Shown here: piece after piece, positions 62,900 through 62,989 of the stretch | How the letters are laid out: every line of letters begins with the position of its first letter | Position numbering within the stretch: the first letter of the stretch is position 1 | From: Acidimicrobiales bacterium | Lineage (GTDB): Bacteria; Actinomycetota; Acidimicrobiia; Acidimicrobiales; Bog-793 | Assembly (NCBI GenBank): GCA_050014835.1 | Contig: JBEKCO010000009.1 | Coordinates: 1-62,989, forward strand | DNA length: 62,989 nt | Direction: 5' to 3' | The notes under the pieces: generated by a model | The model's database searches: none | What the model saw: only the letters and a program-made list of their open reading frames with translations | Told to the model about the DNA's origin: nothing | Made by a program: the position numbers and the translations under genes

Positions 62900-62989
62900 T
62901 CATGCGCTCGCCACCGTGTAGTTCCAGTCGCCGTGGAACTCATGGCGGCGGAGGGGCACTGCTTCGAGCTCGGCGTCGCTGATCTTGAC
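62900..62989 (-). CDS. ISAzo13-family transposase, C-terminal 29 codons (partial; continues beyond the window)
   Basis: VKISDAELEAVPLRRHEFHGDWNYTVASA-stop matches the characteristic H-x-F-H-G-x-W-N-Y-T tail of this family. Confidence 0.55.
   Translation of the reverse strand, partial: VKISDAELEAVPLRRHEFHGDWNYTVASA

Overview
Very G+C-rich actinobacterial-type chromosomal segment (the taxon is inferred from mshD, ppm1, a GT87-like membrane protein and leaderless-looking starts). G+C was judged by eye, not computed. The window is densely packed with housekeeping genes, many coupled by 4-nt ATGA/GTGA start-stop overlaps. Left to right: a DrrAB-like ABC exporter divergent from a TetR-MFS pair; MarR; an orphan ParB-like protein; MscS; a Zn-ADH; a flavodoxin-like protein; DUF1697; a TetR-GNAT-transketolase string; VOC; DedA; two tandem 1-Cys peroxiredoxin paralogues; a GT87-like membrane protein; rel-hisS-aspS-rarA-alaS-ruvX-aroE-rodA-DUF151; a second convergent SEDS gene; ppk1-ppx; a flippase-like protein, AI-2E and ppm1; an aldo/keto reductase; an LLM oxidoreductase; a methyltransferase; menF-menG; an FKBP isomerase; rlmN-mshD; nth; hisDCBHAF-(GroES-like)-hisI; ygfZ. 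I saw no rRNA, tRNA or CRISPR. The most unusual locus is a low-G+C island at 50001-52294. It is an IS1-family element with perfect 23-bp terminal inverted repeats and an 8-bp target duplication (GACCTGCC). It carries three non-transposase ORFs of unknown function, two near-consensus back-to-back promoters, a hairpin-terminated candidate small transcript, and a 31-bp tandem duplication that puts the transposase start out of frame with its apparently leaderless promoter. A second mobile element, the C-terminus of an ISAzo13-type transposase, runs off the right edge next to a disrupted lipoprotein gene. At least four CDSs are split by single-base indels in G or C runs, which is more likely sequencing error than decay. 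One GNAT gene has a real-looking internal deletion. The transketolase gene has a conserved N-terminal segment with no start codon. The long Arg/Pro/Gly-rich ORFs antisense to real genes are high-G+C artefacts.
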